A stretch of DNA of 64,000 bases from the human T2T-CHM13v2.0 reference genome, Homo sapiens: NCBI RefSeq assembly GCF_009914755.1, contig NC_060936.1. One strand, 5' to 3'. Below the pieces are notes generated by a model. The model made no database searches, was not told where the DNA came from, and was given only the letters and a program-made list of their open reading frames with translations. Shown here piece by piece: positions 1-12,570 of this stretch; the first letter of the stretch is position 1; every line of letters starts with the position of its first letter. The position numbers and the translations under genes were made by a program.

Positions 1-1359
1 CAAATATCACAAAAAGAGGGTTTCACATCTGCTCTGTCTAAAGGACAGTTCACCTCTGTGAGTTGAATAGAGGCAACACAAAGAACGTACTCAGTATTCT
101 TCTTTCTAGCGTTATATGAAGAAATCCCGTTTCCAAAGAAGGCCTCAAAGAGGTCCAAATATCTGCTTGCAGACTTTACAGACAGAGTGTTTCCAAACTA
201 CTCTATGAAAAGAAAGCTTAAACTCCTTGAGTTGAACGCACACATCACAAAGTAGTTTCTGAGAATGATTCTGTCTTGTTTTTATACGAAGATATTTCCG
301 TTTCTATGATTGGCCTCAAAGCGATTGAAATCTCCAACTGGAAAATGCACAAATAGGGTGTTTCAAATCTGCTCTGTCTAAAGGAAGGTTCAACTCTGTG
401 AGTTGAATACACACACCACAAATAAGTTACTGAGAATTCTTCTGTCGACCATTACATGAAGAAATCCCGTTTCCAACGAAGGCCTCAAAGAGGTCCAAAT
501 ATCCCCTTGCAGACATTACAAACAGAGTGTTTCCAAACTGCTCCATCAAAAGAAAGGTCAAACTCTGTGAGCTGAACACACACATCAAAAAGAAGTTTCT
601 GTGAATGATTCTGTCTAGATTTTATAAGAAGATGTTTCCTTTTCTACCGTAGGCCTCAAAGCGCTTGAAATCTCCAGCTGCAAATTCCACAAAAAGGGTG
701 TTTACCATCTGCTCTTCTAAAGGAAAGTTCAACTCTATGAGTTGAATACACACAGCACAAAGAAGTTACTGAGACTTCTCCTATCAAACATTATAGGAAG
801 AAATCCCGTTTCCAACGAAGGCCTCAAAGAGGTCCAAATATCCACTTGCAGACGTGACAAACAGAGTGTTTCCAAACTGCTCCATCAAAAGAAAGGTTAA
901 ACTCTGTGAGTTGAACACACACATCACAAAGTAGTTTCTGTGAATGATTCTGTCTAGTTTTTATACGAAGATGTTTCCTTTTCTACCTTTGGTCTCAAAG
1001 CGATTGAAATCTCCACATGGAAACTCCACAAAAAGAGTGTTTCAAATCTGCTCTTTCTGAAGGAAGGTTCAACTCTGTGAATTGAATACACACACCACAA
1101 ATAAGTTACTGAGAATTCTTCTGTGTAACATTATGTGAGGAAATCCCGTTTCCAACGAAGGCCTCAAACAGGTCCAAATATCCACTTGCAGACTTTACAA
1201 AGACAGTGTCTCCAAACTCCTCCATCAAAAGAAAGGTTATACTGTGTGAATTGAACGCACACATCACAAAGTAGTTTCTGAGAAAGATTCTGTCTAGTTT
1301 TTATACGAAGATATTTCCTTTTCTACATTTGGCCTAAAAGCGCTTGAAATCTCCACCTG

Positions 1360-2380
1360 CAAATATCACAAAAAGAGGGTTTCACATCTGCTCTGTCTGA
1401 AGGACAGTTCACCTCTGTGAGTTGAATAGAGGCAACACAAAGAACTTACTCAGTATTCTTCTTTCTAGCGTTCTATGAAGAAATCCCGTTTCCAACGAAG
1501 GCCCCAAATAGGTCCAAATATCTGCTTGCAGACTTTACAGACAGATTGTTTCCAAACTACTCTATGAAAAGAAAGCTTAAACTCCTTGAGTTGAACGCAC
1601 ACATCACAAAGTAGTTTCTGAGAATGATTCTGTCTAGTTTTTATACGAAGATGTTTCCTTTTCTACATTTGGTCTCAAAGCGATTGAAATCTCCAACTGG
1701 AAACTGCACAAATAGGGTGTTTCAAATCTGCTCTGTCTAAAGGAAGGTTCAACTCTGTGAGTTGAATACACACACCACAAATAAGTTACTGAGAATTCTT
1801 CTGTCGAACATTACATGAAGAAATCCCGTTTCCAACGAAGGCCTCAAAGACGTCCAAATATCCACTTGCAGACATTACAAACAGAGTGTTTCCAAACTGC
1901 TCCATCAAAAGAAAGGTTAAACTCTGTGAGCTGAACACACACATCAAAAAGAAGTTTCTGTGAATGATTCTGTCTAGATTTTATAAGAAGATGTTTCCTT
2001 TTCTACCGTAGGCCTCAAAGCGATTGAAATCTCCACATGGAAACTCCACAAAAAGAGTGTTTCAAATCTGCTCTTTCTGAAGGAAGGTTCATCTCTGTGA
2101 GTTGAATACACACACCACAAATAAGTTACTGAGAATTCTTCTGTGTAACATTATATGAGGAAATCCCGTTTCCAACGAAGGCCTCAAAGAGGTCCATATA
2201 TCCAAATTGCAGACTTTACAAAGACAGTGTCTCCAAACTCCTCCATCAAAAGAAAGGTTATACTCTGTGAATTGAACGCACACATCACAAAGTAGTTTCT
2301 GAGAATGATTCTGTCTAGTTTTTATACGAAGACATTTCCTTTTCTACATTTGGCCTCAAAGCGCTTGAAATCTCCACCTG
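1360..2380 (-). repeat. 6-mer HOR variant A-B-D (dimer C deleted), 1021 bp
   Basis: The B-type end ctaccgtaggcctcaaag joins directly to D-type cgattgaaatctccacatgg at ~2014-2022, and there is no cagctg. One extra base at ~2205 (tccaaattgc). Confidence 0.92.
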
Positions 2381-5097
2381 CAAATATCACAAAAAGAGGG
2401 TTTCACATCTGCTCTGTCTAAAGGACAGTTCACCTCTGTGAGTTGAATAGAGGCAACACAAAGAACTTACTCAGTATTATTCTTTCTAGCGTTCTATGAA
2501 GAAATCCCGTTTCCAACGAAGGCCTCAAAGAGGTCCAAATATCTGCTTGCAGACTTTACAGAGAGAGTGTTTCCAAACTACTCTATGAAAAGAAAGCTTA
2601 AACTCCTTGAGTTGAACGCACACATCACAAAGTAGTTTCTGAGAATGATTCTGTCTTGTTTTTATACGAAGAGATTTCCGTTTCTATGATTGGCTTCAAA
2701 GCGATTGAAATCTCCAACTGGAAAATGCACAAATAGGGTGTTTCAAATCTGCTCTGTCTAAAGGAAGGTTCAACTCTGTGAGTTGAATACACACACCACA
2801 AATAAGTTACTGAGAATTCTTCTGTCGAACATTACATGAAGAAATCCCGTTTCCAACGAAGGCCTCAAAGAGGTCCAAATATCCCCTTGCAGATATTACA
2901 AACAGAGTGTTTCCAAACTGCTCCATCAAAAGAAAGGTCAAACTCTGTGAGCTGAACGCACACATCAAAAAGAAGTTTCTGTGAATGATTCTGTCTAGAT
3001 TTTATAAGAAGATGTTTCCTTTTCTACCGTAGGCCTCAAAGCGCTTGAAATCTCCAGCTGCAAATTCCACAAAAAGGGTGTTTACTATCTGCTCTTCTAA
3101 AGGAAAGTTCAACTCTATGAGTTGAATACACACAGCACAAATAAGTTACTGAGACTTCTGCTATCAAACATTATAGGAAGAAATCCCGTTTCCAACGAAG
3201 GCCTCAAAGAGGTCCAAATATCCACTTGCAGACGTGACAAACAGAGTGTTTCCAAACTGCTCCATCCAAAGAAAGGTTAAACTCTGTGAGTTGAACACAC
3301 ACATCACAAAGTAGTTTCTGTGAATGATTCTGTCTAGTTTTTATACGAAGATGTTTCCTTTTCTACCTTTGGTCTCAAAGCGATTGAAATCTCCACATGG
3401 AAACTCCACAAAAACAGTGTTTCAAATCTGCTCTTTCTGAAGGAAGGTTCAACTCTGTGAGTTGAATACACACACCACAAATAAGTTACTGAGAATTCTT
3501 CTGTGTAACATTATATGAGGAAATCCCGTTTCCAACGAAGGCCTCAAAGAGGTCCAAATATCCACTTGCAGACTTTACAAAGACAGTGTCTCCAAACTCC
3601 TCCATCAAAGGAAAGGTTATCCTCTGTGAATTGAACGCACACATCACAAAGTAGTTTCTGAGAATGATTCTGTCTAGTTTTTATACGAAGATATTTCCTT
3701 TTCTACATTTGGCCTAAAAGCGCTTGAAATCTCCACTGCAAATATCACAAAAAGAGGGTTTCACATCTGCTCTGTCTAAAGGACAGTTCACCTCTGTGAG
3801 TTGAATAGAGGCAACACAAAGAACTTACTCAGTATTCTTCTTTCTAGCGTTATATGAAGAAATCCCGTTTCCAACGAAGGCCTCAAAGAGGTCCAAATAT
3901 CTGCTTGCAGACTTTACAGACAGAGTGTTTCCAAACTATTCTATGAAAAGAAAGCTTAAACTCCTTGAGTTGAACGCACACAATGCAAAGTAGTTTCTGA
4001 GAATGATTCTGTCTTGTTTTTATACGAAGATATTTCCGTTTCTATGATTGGCCTCAAAGCCATTGAAATCTCCAACTGGAAGCTGCACAAATAGGGTGTT
4101 TCAAATCTGCTCTGTCTAAAGGAAGGTTCAACTCTGTGAGTTGAATACACACACCACAAATAAGTTGCTGAGAATTCTTCTGTCGAACATTACATGAAGA
4201 AATCCCGTTTCCAACGAAGGCCTCAAAGAGGTCCAAATATCCACTTGCAGACATTACAAACAGAGTGTTTCCAAACTGCTCCATCAAAGGAAAGGTTAAA
4301 CTCTGTGAGCTGAACACACACATCAAAAAGAAGTTTCTGTGAATGATTCTGTCTAGATTTTATAAGAAGATGTTTCCTTTTCTACAGTAGGCCTCAAAGC
4401 GCTTGAAATCTCCAGCTGCAAATTCCACAAAAAGGGTGTTTAACATCTGCTCTTCTAAAGGAAAGTTCAACTCTATGAGTTGAATACACACAGCACAAAG
4501 AATTTACTGAGACTTCTCCTATCAAACATTATATGAAGAAATCCCGTTTCCAACGAAGGCCTCAAAGAGGTCCAAATATCTGCTTGCAGACTTTACAGAC
4601 AGAGTGTTTCCAAACTCCTCCATCAAAAGAAAGGTTAAACTCCTTGAGTTGAACACACACATCACAAAGTAGTTTCTGTGAATGATTCTGTCTAGTTTTT
4701 ATACGAAGATGTTTCCTTTTCTACCTTTGGTCTCAAAGCGATTGAAATCTCCACATGGAAACTCCACAAAAAGAGTGTTTCAAATCTGCTCTTTCTGAAG
4801 GAAGGTTCAACTCTGTGAGTTGAATACACACACCACAAATAAGTTACTGAGAATTCTTCTGTGTAACATTATATGAGGAAATCCCGTTTCCAACGAAGGC
4901 CTCAAAGAGGTCCAAATATCCACTTGCAGACTTTACAAAGACAGTGTCTCCAAACTCCTCCATCAATAGAAAGGTTATACTCTGTGAATTGAACGCACAC
5001 ATCACAAAGTAGTTTCTGAGAATGATTCTGTCTAGTTTTTATACGAAGATATTTCGTTTTCTACATTTGGCCTAAAAGCGCTTGAAATCTCCACCTG

Positions 5098-7135
5098 CAA
5101 ATATCACAAAAAGAGGGTTTCACATCTGCTCTGTCTAAAGGACAGTTCACCTCTGTGAGTTGTATAGAGGCAACAGAAAGAACTTACTCAGTATTATTCT
5201 TTCTAGCGTTCTATGAAGAAATCTCTTTTCCAACGAAGGCCTCAAAGAGGTCCAAATATCTGCTTGCAGACTTTACAGACAGAGTGTTTCCAAACTACTC
5301 TATGAAAAGAAAGCTTAAACTCCTTGAGTTGAACGCACAGATCGCAAAGTAGTTTCTGAGAATGATTCTGTCTTGTTTTTATACGAAGATATTTCCGTTT
5401 CTATGATTGGCCTCAAAGCGATTGAAATCTCCAACTGGAAGCTGCACAAATAGGGTGTTTCAAATCTGCTCTGTCTAAAGGAAGGTTCAACTCTGTGAGT
5501 TGAATACACACACTACAGGTAAGTTACTGAGAATTCTTCTGTCGAACATTACATGAAGAAATCCCGTTTCCAACGAAGACCTCAAAGAGGTCCAAATATC
5601 CACTTGCAGACATTACAAACAGAGTGTTTCCAAACTGCTCCATCAAAAGAAAGGTTAAACCCTGTGAGCTGAACACACACATCAAAAAGATGTTTCTGTG
5701 AATGATTCTGTCTAGATTTTAGAAGAAGATGTTTCCTTTTCTACCGTAGGCCTCAAAGCGCTTGAAATCTCCAGCTGCAAATTCCACAGAAAGGGTGTTT
5801 AACATCTGCTCTTCTAAAGGAAAATTTAACTCTATGAGTTGAATACACACAGCACAAAGAAGTTACTGAGACTTCTCCTATCAAACATTATATGAAGAAA
5901 TCCCGTTTCCAAAGAAGGCCCCAAAGCAGTCCAAATATCCACTTGCAGACGTGAAAAACAGAGTGTTTCCAAACTGCCATATCAAAAGAAAGGTTAAACT
6001 CTGTGAGCTGAACACACACATCACAAAGTAGTTTCTGTGAATGATTCTGTCTAGTTTTTATACGAAGATGTTTCCTTTTCTACCTTTGGTCTCAAAGCGA
6101 TGGATATCTCCACATGGAAACTCCACAAAATGAGTGTTTCAAATCTGCTCTTTCTGAAGGAAGGTTCAACTCTGTGAGTTGAATACACACACCACAAATA
6201 AGTTGCTGAGAATTCTTCTGTCGAACATTACATGAAGAAATCCCGTTTCCAACCAAGGCCTCAAAGAGGTCCATATATCCACTTGCAGATATTACAAACT
6301 GAGTGTTTCCAAACTGCTCCATCAAAGGAAATGTTAAACTCTGTGAGCTGAACACACACATCAAAAAGAAGTTTCTGTGAATGATTCTGTCTAGATTTTA
6401 TAAGAAGATGTTTCCTTTTCTACAGTAGGCCTCAAAGCGCTTGAAACCTCCAGCTGCAAATTCCCCAAAAAGGGTGTTTAACATCTGCTCTTCTAAAGGA
6501 AAGTTCAACTCTATGAGTTGAATACACACAGCACAAAGAAGTTACTGAGACTTCTCCTATCAAACATTATATGAAGAAATCCCGTTTCCAACGAAGGCCC
6601 CAAAGAGGTCCAAATATCCACTTGCAGACTTTACAGACAGAGTGTTTCCAAACTCCTCCATCAAAAGAAAGGTTAAACTCCTTGAGTTGAACACACACAT
6701 CACAAAGTAGTTTCTGTGAATGATTCTGTCTAGTTTTTATACGAAGATGTTTCCTTTTCTACCTTTGGTCTCAAAGCAATTGAAGTCTCCACATGGAAAC
6801 TCCACAAAAAGAGTGTTTCAAATCTGCTCTGTCTGAAGGAAGGTTCAACTCTGTGAGTTGAATACACACACCACAAATAAGTTACTGAGAATTCTTCTGT
6901 GTAACATTATATGAGGAAATCCCGTTTCCAACGAAGGCCTCAAAGAGGTCCAAATATCCACTTGCAGACTTTACAAAGACAGTGTCTCCAAACTCCTCCA
7001 TCAAAAGAAAGGTTATACTCTGTGAATTGAACGCACACATCACAAAGTAGTTTCTGAGAATGATTCTGTCTAGTTTTCATACGAAGATATTTCCTTTTCT
7101 ACATTTGGCCTAAAAGCGCTTGAAATCTCCACCTG
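5098..7135 (-). repeat. 12-mer HOR variant A-B-C-[D/B hybrid]-C-D, 2038 bp
   Basis: Two C dimers (cagctg at ~5772 and ~6451). The intervening dimer begins as D (cacatggaaactccac, ctttctgaagg) and continues as B (tgtcgaacattac, gagctgaac, tagattttataag). 1359+679=2038. Confidence 0.92.
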
Positions 7136-8494
7136 CAAATATCACAAAAAGAGGGTTTCACATCTGCTCTGTCTAAAGGACAGTTCACCTCTGTGAGTTG
7201 AATAGAGGCAACACAAAGAACGTACTCAGTATTCTTCTTTCTAGCGTTATATGAAGAAATCCCGTTTCCAAAGAAGGCCTCAAAGAGGTCCAAATATCTG
7301 CTTGCAGACTTTACAGACAGAGTGTTTCCAAACTACTCTATGAAAAGAAAGCTTAAACTCCTTGAGTTGAACGCACACATCACAAAGTAGTTTCTGAGAA
7401 TGATTCTGTCTTGTTTTTATACGAAGATATTTCCGTTTCTATGATTGGCCTCAAAGCGATTGAAATCTCCAACTGGAAAATGCACAAATAGGGTGTTTCA
7501 AATCTGCTCTGTCTAAAGGAAGGTTCAACTCTGTGAGTTGAATACACACACCACAAATAAGTTACTGAGAATTCTTCTGTCGAACATTACATGAAGAAAT
7601 CCCGTTTCCAACGAAGGCCTCAAAGAGGTCCAAATATCCCCTTGCAGACATTACAAACAGAGTGTTTCCAAACTGCTCCATCAAAAGAAAGGTCAAACTC
7701 TGTGAGCTGAACACACACATCAAAAAGAAGTTTCTGTGAATGATTCTGTCTAGATTTTATAAGAAGATGTTTCCTTTTCTACCGTAGGCCTCAAAGCGCT
7801 TGAAATCTCCAGCTGCAAATTCCACAAAAAGGGTGTTTACCATCTGCTCTTCTAAAGGAAAGTTCAACTCTATGAGTTGAATACACACAGCACAAAGAAG
7901 TTACTGAGACTTCTCCTATCAAACATTATAGGAAGAAATCCCGTTTCCAACGAAGGCCTCAAAGAGGTCCAAATATCCACTTGCAGACGTGACAAACAGA
8001 GTGTTTCCAAACTGCTCCATCAAAAGAAAGGTTAAACTCTGTGAGTTGAACACACACATCACAAAGTAGTTTCTGTGAATGATTCTGTCTAGTTTTTATA
8101 CGAAGATGTTTCCTTTTCTACCTTTGGTCTCAAAGCGATTGAAATCTCCACATGGAAACTCCACAAAAAGAGTGTTTCAAATCTGCTCTTTCTGAAGGAA
8201 GGTTCAACTCTGTGAATTGAATACACACACCACAAATAAGTTACTGAGAATTCTTCTGTGTAACATTATGTGAGGAAATCCCGTTTCCAACGAAGGCCTC
8301 AAAGAGGTCCAAATATCCACTTGCAGACTTTACAAAGACAGTGTCTCCAAACTCCTCCATCAAAAGAAAGGTTATACTCTGTGAATTGAACGCACACATC
8401 ACAAAGTAGTTTCTGAGAATGATTCTGTCTAGTTTTTATACGAAGATATTTCCTTTTCTACATTTGGCCTAAAAGCGCTTGAAATCTCCACCTG

Positions 8495-9853
8495 CAAATA
8501 TCACAAAAAGAGGGTTTCACATCTGCTCTGTCTAAAGGACAGTTCACCTCTGTGAGTTGAATAGAGGCAACACAAAGAACTTACTCAGTATTCTTCTTTC
8601 TAGCGTTCTATGAAGAAATCCCGTTTCCAACGAAGGCCCCAAAGAGGTCCAAATATCTGCTTGCAGACTTTACAGACAGAGTGTTTCCAAACTACTCTAT
8701 GAAAAGAAAGCTTAAACTCCTTGAGTTGAACGCACACATCACAAAGTAGTTTCTGAGAATGATTCTGTCTAGTTTTTATACGAAGATGTTTCCTTTTCTA
8801 CATTTGGTCTCAAAGCGATTGAAATCTCCAACTGGAAACTGCACAAATAGGGTGTTTCAAATCTGCTCTGTCTAAAGGAAGGTTCAACTCTGTGAGTTGA
8901 ATACACACACCACAAATAAGTTACTGAGAATTCTTCTGTCGAACATTACTTGAAGAAATCCCGTTTCCAACGAAGGCCTCAAAGAGGTCCAAATATCCAC
9001 TTGCAGACATTACAAACAGAGTGTTTCCAAACTGCTCCATCAAAAGAAAGGTTAAACTCTGTGAGCTGAACACACACATCAAAAAGAAGTTTCTGTGAAT
9101 GATTCTGTCTAGATTTTATAAGAAGATGTTTCCTTTTCTACCGTAGGCCTCAAAGCGCTTGAAATCTCCAGCTGCAAATTCCACAAAAAGGGTGTTTAAC
9201 ATCTGCTCTTCTAAAGGAAAGTTCAACTCTATGAGTTGAATACACACAGCACAAAGAAGTTACTGAGACTTGTCCTATCAAACATTATATGAAGAAATCC
9301 CGTTTCCAACGAAGGCCTCAAAGAGGTCCAAATATCTGCTTGCAGACTTTACAGACAGAGTGTTTCCAAACTGCTCCATCAAAAGAAAGGTTAACCTCCT
9401 TGAGTTGAACACACACATCACAAAGTAGTTTCTGTGAATGATTCTGTCTAGTTTTTATACGAAGATGTTTCCTTTTCTACCTTTGGTCTCAAAGCGATTG
9501 AAATCTCCACATGGAAACTCCACAAAAAGAGTGTTTCAAATCTGCTCTTTCTGAAGGAAGGTTCATCTCTGTGAGTTGAATACACACACCACAAATAAGT
9601 TACTGAGAATTCTTCTGTGTAACATTATATGAGGAAATCCCGTTTCCAACGAAGGCCTCAAAGAGGTCCAAATATCCACTTGCAGACTTTACAAAGACAG
9701 TGTCTCCAAATTCCTCCATCAAAAGAAAGGTTATACTCTGTGAATTGAACGCACACATCACAAAGTAGTTTCTGAGAATGATTCTGTCTAGTTTTTATAC
9801 GAAGATATTTCCTTTTCTACATTTGGCCTAAAAGCGCTTGAAATCTCCACCTG
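8495..9853 (-). repeat. Representative canonical HOR unit (dimers A-B-C-D, 340+340+339+340 bp); most likely D12Z3, the chromosome 12 active alpha satellite
   Basis: Dimer diagnostics: A ctccacctgcaaatatc...gaatagaggc...aagctt; B ctccaactggaaactgc...tgtcgaac...tctaga; C ctccagctgc...ctcttctaaagg...ctcctatcaaac; D ctccacatgg...ctttctgaagg...tgtgtaac...gttatac. There is one HindIII, one PvuII, one XbaI and two EcoRI sites per unit, and no consensus RsaI site. From recall, D12Z3 is a ~1.35-1.4 kb dimeric 8-mer cut by HindIII/PvuII, while the other SF1 8-mer, D10Z1, is defined by RsaI. The confidence value refers to the D12Z3 name. Confidence 0.75.
8619..8635 (-). promoter_or_regulatory. CENP-B box (representative copy; one per dimer, every ~340 bp, four per HOR)
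   Basis: + strand tcccgtttccaacgaag is the reverse complement of CTTCGTTGGAAACGGGA, an exact match to the 17 bp consensus YTTCGTTGGAARCGGGA. Confidence 0.97.
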
Positions 9854-12570
9854 CAAACATCACAAAAAGAGGGTTTCACATCTGCTCTGTCTAAAGGACA
9901 GTTCACCTCTGTGAGTTGAATAGAGGCAACACAAAGAACTTACTCAGTATTCTTCTTTCTAGCGTTCTATGAAGAAATCCCGTTTCCAACGAAGGCCCTA
10001 AAGAGGTCCAAATATCTGCTTGCAGACTTTACAGACAGAGTGTTTCCAAACTACTCTATGAAAAGAAAGCTTAAACTCCTTGAGTTGAACGCACACATCA
10101 CAAAGTAGTTTCTGAGAATGATTCTGTCTAGTTTTTATACGAAGATGTTTCCTTTTCTACATTTGGTCTCAAAGCGATTGAAATCTCCAACTGGAAACTG
10201 CACAAATAGGGTGTTTCAAATCTGCTCTGTCTAAAGGAAGGTTCAACTCTGTGAGTTGAATACACACACCACAAATAAGTTACTGAGAATTCTTCTGTCG
10301 AACATTACTTGAAGAAATCCCGTTTCCAACGAAGGCCTCAAAGAGGTCCAAATATCCACTTGCAGACATTACAAACAGAGTGTTTCCAAACTGCTCCATC
10401 AAAAGAAAGGTTAAACTCTGTGAGCTAAACACACACATCAAAAAGAAGTTTCTGTGAATGATTCTGTCTATATTTTATAAGAAGATGTTTCCTTTTCTAC
10501 CGTAGGCCTCAAACCGCTTGAAATCTCCAGCTGCAAATTCCACAAAAAGAGTGTTTAACATCTGCTCTTCAAAGGAAAGTTCAACTCTATGAGTTGAATA
10601 CACACAGCACAAAGAAGTTACTGAGACTTCTCCTATCAAACATTATATGAAGAAATCCCGTTTCCAACGAAGGCCTCAAAGAGGTCCAAATATCTGCTTG
10701 CAGACTTTACAGACAGAGTGTTTCCAAACTGCTCCATCAAAAGGAAGGTTAACCTCCTTGAGTTGAACACACACATCACAAAGTAGTTTCTGTGAATGAT
10801 TCTGTCTAGTTTTTATACGAAGATGTTTCCTTTTCTACCTTTGGTCTCAAAGCGATTGAAATCTCCACATGGAAACTCCACAAAAAGAGTGTTTCAAATC
10901 TGCTCTTTCTGAAGGAAGGTTCATCTCTGTGAGTTGAATACACACACCACAAATAAGTTACTGAGAATTCTTCTGTGTAACATTATATGAGGAAATCCCG
11001 TTTCCAACGAAGGCCTCAAAGAGGTCCAAATATCCACTTGCAGACTTTACAAAGACAGTGTCTCCAAACTCCTCCATCAAAAGAAAGGTTATACTCTGTG
11101 AATTGAACGCACACATCACAAAGTAGTTTCTGAGAATGATTCTGTCTAGTTTTTATACGAAGATATTTCCTTTTCTACATTTGGCCTAAAAGCGCTTGAA
11201 ATCTCCACCTGCAAATATCACAAAAAGAGGGTTTCACATCTGCTCTGTCTAAAGGACAGTTCACCTCTGTGAGTTGAATAGAGGCAACACAAAGAACTTA
11301 CTCAGTATTCTTCTTTCTAGGGTTCTATGAAGAAACCCCGTTTCCAACGAAGGCCCCAAAGAGGTCCAAATATCTGCTTGCAGACTTTACAGACAGAGTG
11401 TTTCCAAACTACTCTATGAAAAGAAAGCTTAAACTCCTTGAGTTGAACGCACACATCACAAAGTAGTTTCTGAGAATGATTCTGTCTAGTTTTTATACGA
11501 AGATGTTTCCTTTTCTACATTTGGTCTCAAAGCGATTGAAATCTCCAACTGGAAACTGCACAAATAGGGTGTTTCAAATCTGCTCTGTCTAAAGGAAGGT
11601 TCAACTCTGTGAGTTGAATACACACACCACAAATAAGGTACTGAGAATTCTTCTGTCGAACATTACTTGAAGAAATCCCGTTTCCAACGAAGGCCTCAAA
11701 GAGGTCCAAATATCCACTTGCAGACATTACAAACAGAGTGTTTCCAAACTGCTCCATCAAAAGAAAGGTTAAACTCTGTGAGCTGAACACACACATCAAA
11801 AAGAAGTTTCTGTGAATGATTCTGTCTAGATTTTATAAGAAGATGTTTCCTTTTCTACCGTAGGCCTCAAAGCGCTTGAAATCTCCAGCTGCAAATTCCA
11901 CAAAAAGGGTGTTTAACATCTGCTCTTCTAAAGGAAAGTTCAACTCTATGAGTTGAATACACACAGCACAAAGAAGTTACTGAGACTTGTCCTATCAAAC
12001 ATTATATGAAGAAATCCCGTTTCCAACGAAGGCCTCAAAGAGGTCCAAATATCTGCTTGCAGACTTTACAGACAGAGTGTTTCCAAACTGCTCCATCAAA
12101 AGAAAGGTTAACCTCCTTGAGTTGAACACACACATCACAAAGTAGTTTCTGTGAATGATTCTGTCTAGTTTTTATACGAAGATGTTTCCTTTTCTACCTT
12201 TGGTCTCAAAGCGATTGAAATCTCCACATGGAAACTCCACAAAAAGAGTGTTTCAAATCTGCTCTTTCTGAAGGAAGGTTCATCTCTGTGAGTTGAATAC
12301 ACACACCACAAATAAGTTACTGAGAATTCTTCTGTGTAACATTATATGAGGAAATCCCGTTTCCAACGAAGGCCTCAAAGAGGTCCAAATATCCACTTGC
12401 AGACTTTACAAAGACAGTGTCTCCAAACTCCTCCATCAAAAGAAAGGTTATGCTCTGTGAATTGAACGCACACATCACAAAGTAGTTTCTGAGAATGATT
12501 CTGTCTAGTTTTTATACGAAGATATTTCCTTTTCTACATTTGGCCTAAAAGCGCTTGAAATCTCCACCTG

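Larger units (their letters stand above)
1..8494 (-). repeat. More diverged sub-block of the same HOR family
   Basis: Variants not seen to the right of 8494: ctgtcttgtttt, gatatttccgtttctatgattggcc, gacgtgac, ttataggaag, atccccttgc. It also has many private substitutions and five CENP-B boxes with core mutations. Confidence 0.85.

Noticed and set aside
8495-9853. Assignment to D10Z1 (the other dimeric 8-mer)
   Set aside because: As I recall, D10Z1 is defined by RsaI periodicity, and gtac is absent from the consensus unit here. It is disfavoured but not excluded without alignment.
11336-11352. CENP-B box variant ccccgtttccaacgaa as a broken box
   Set aside because: The change affects the terminal non-core position and the nine core bases are intact.
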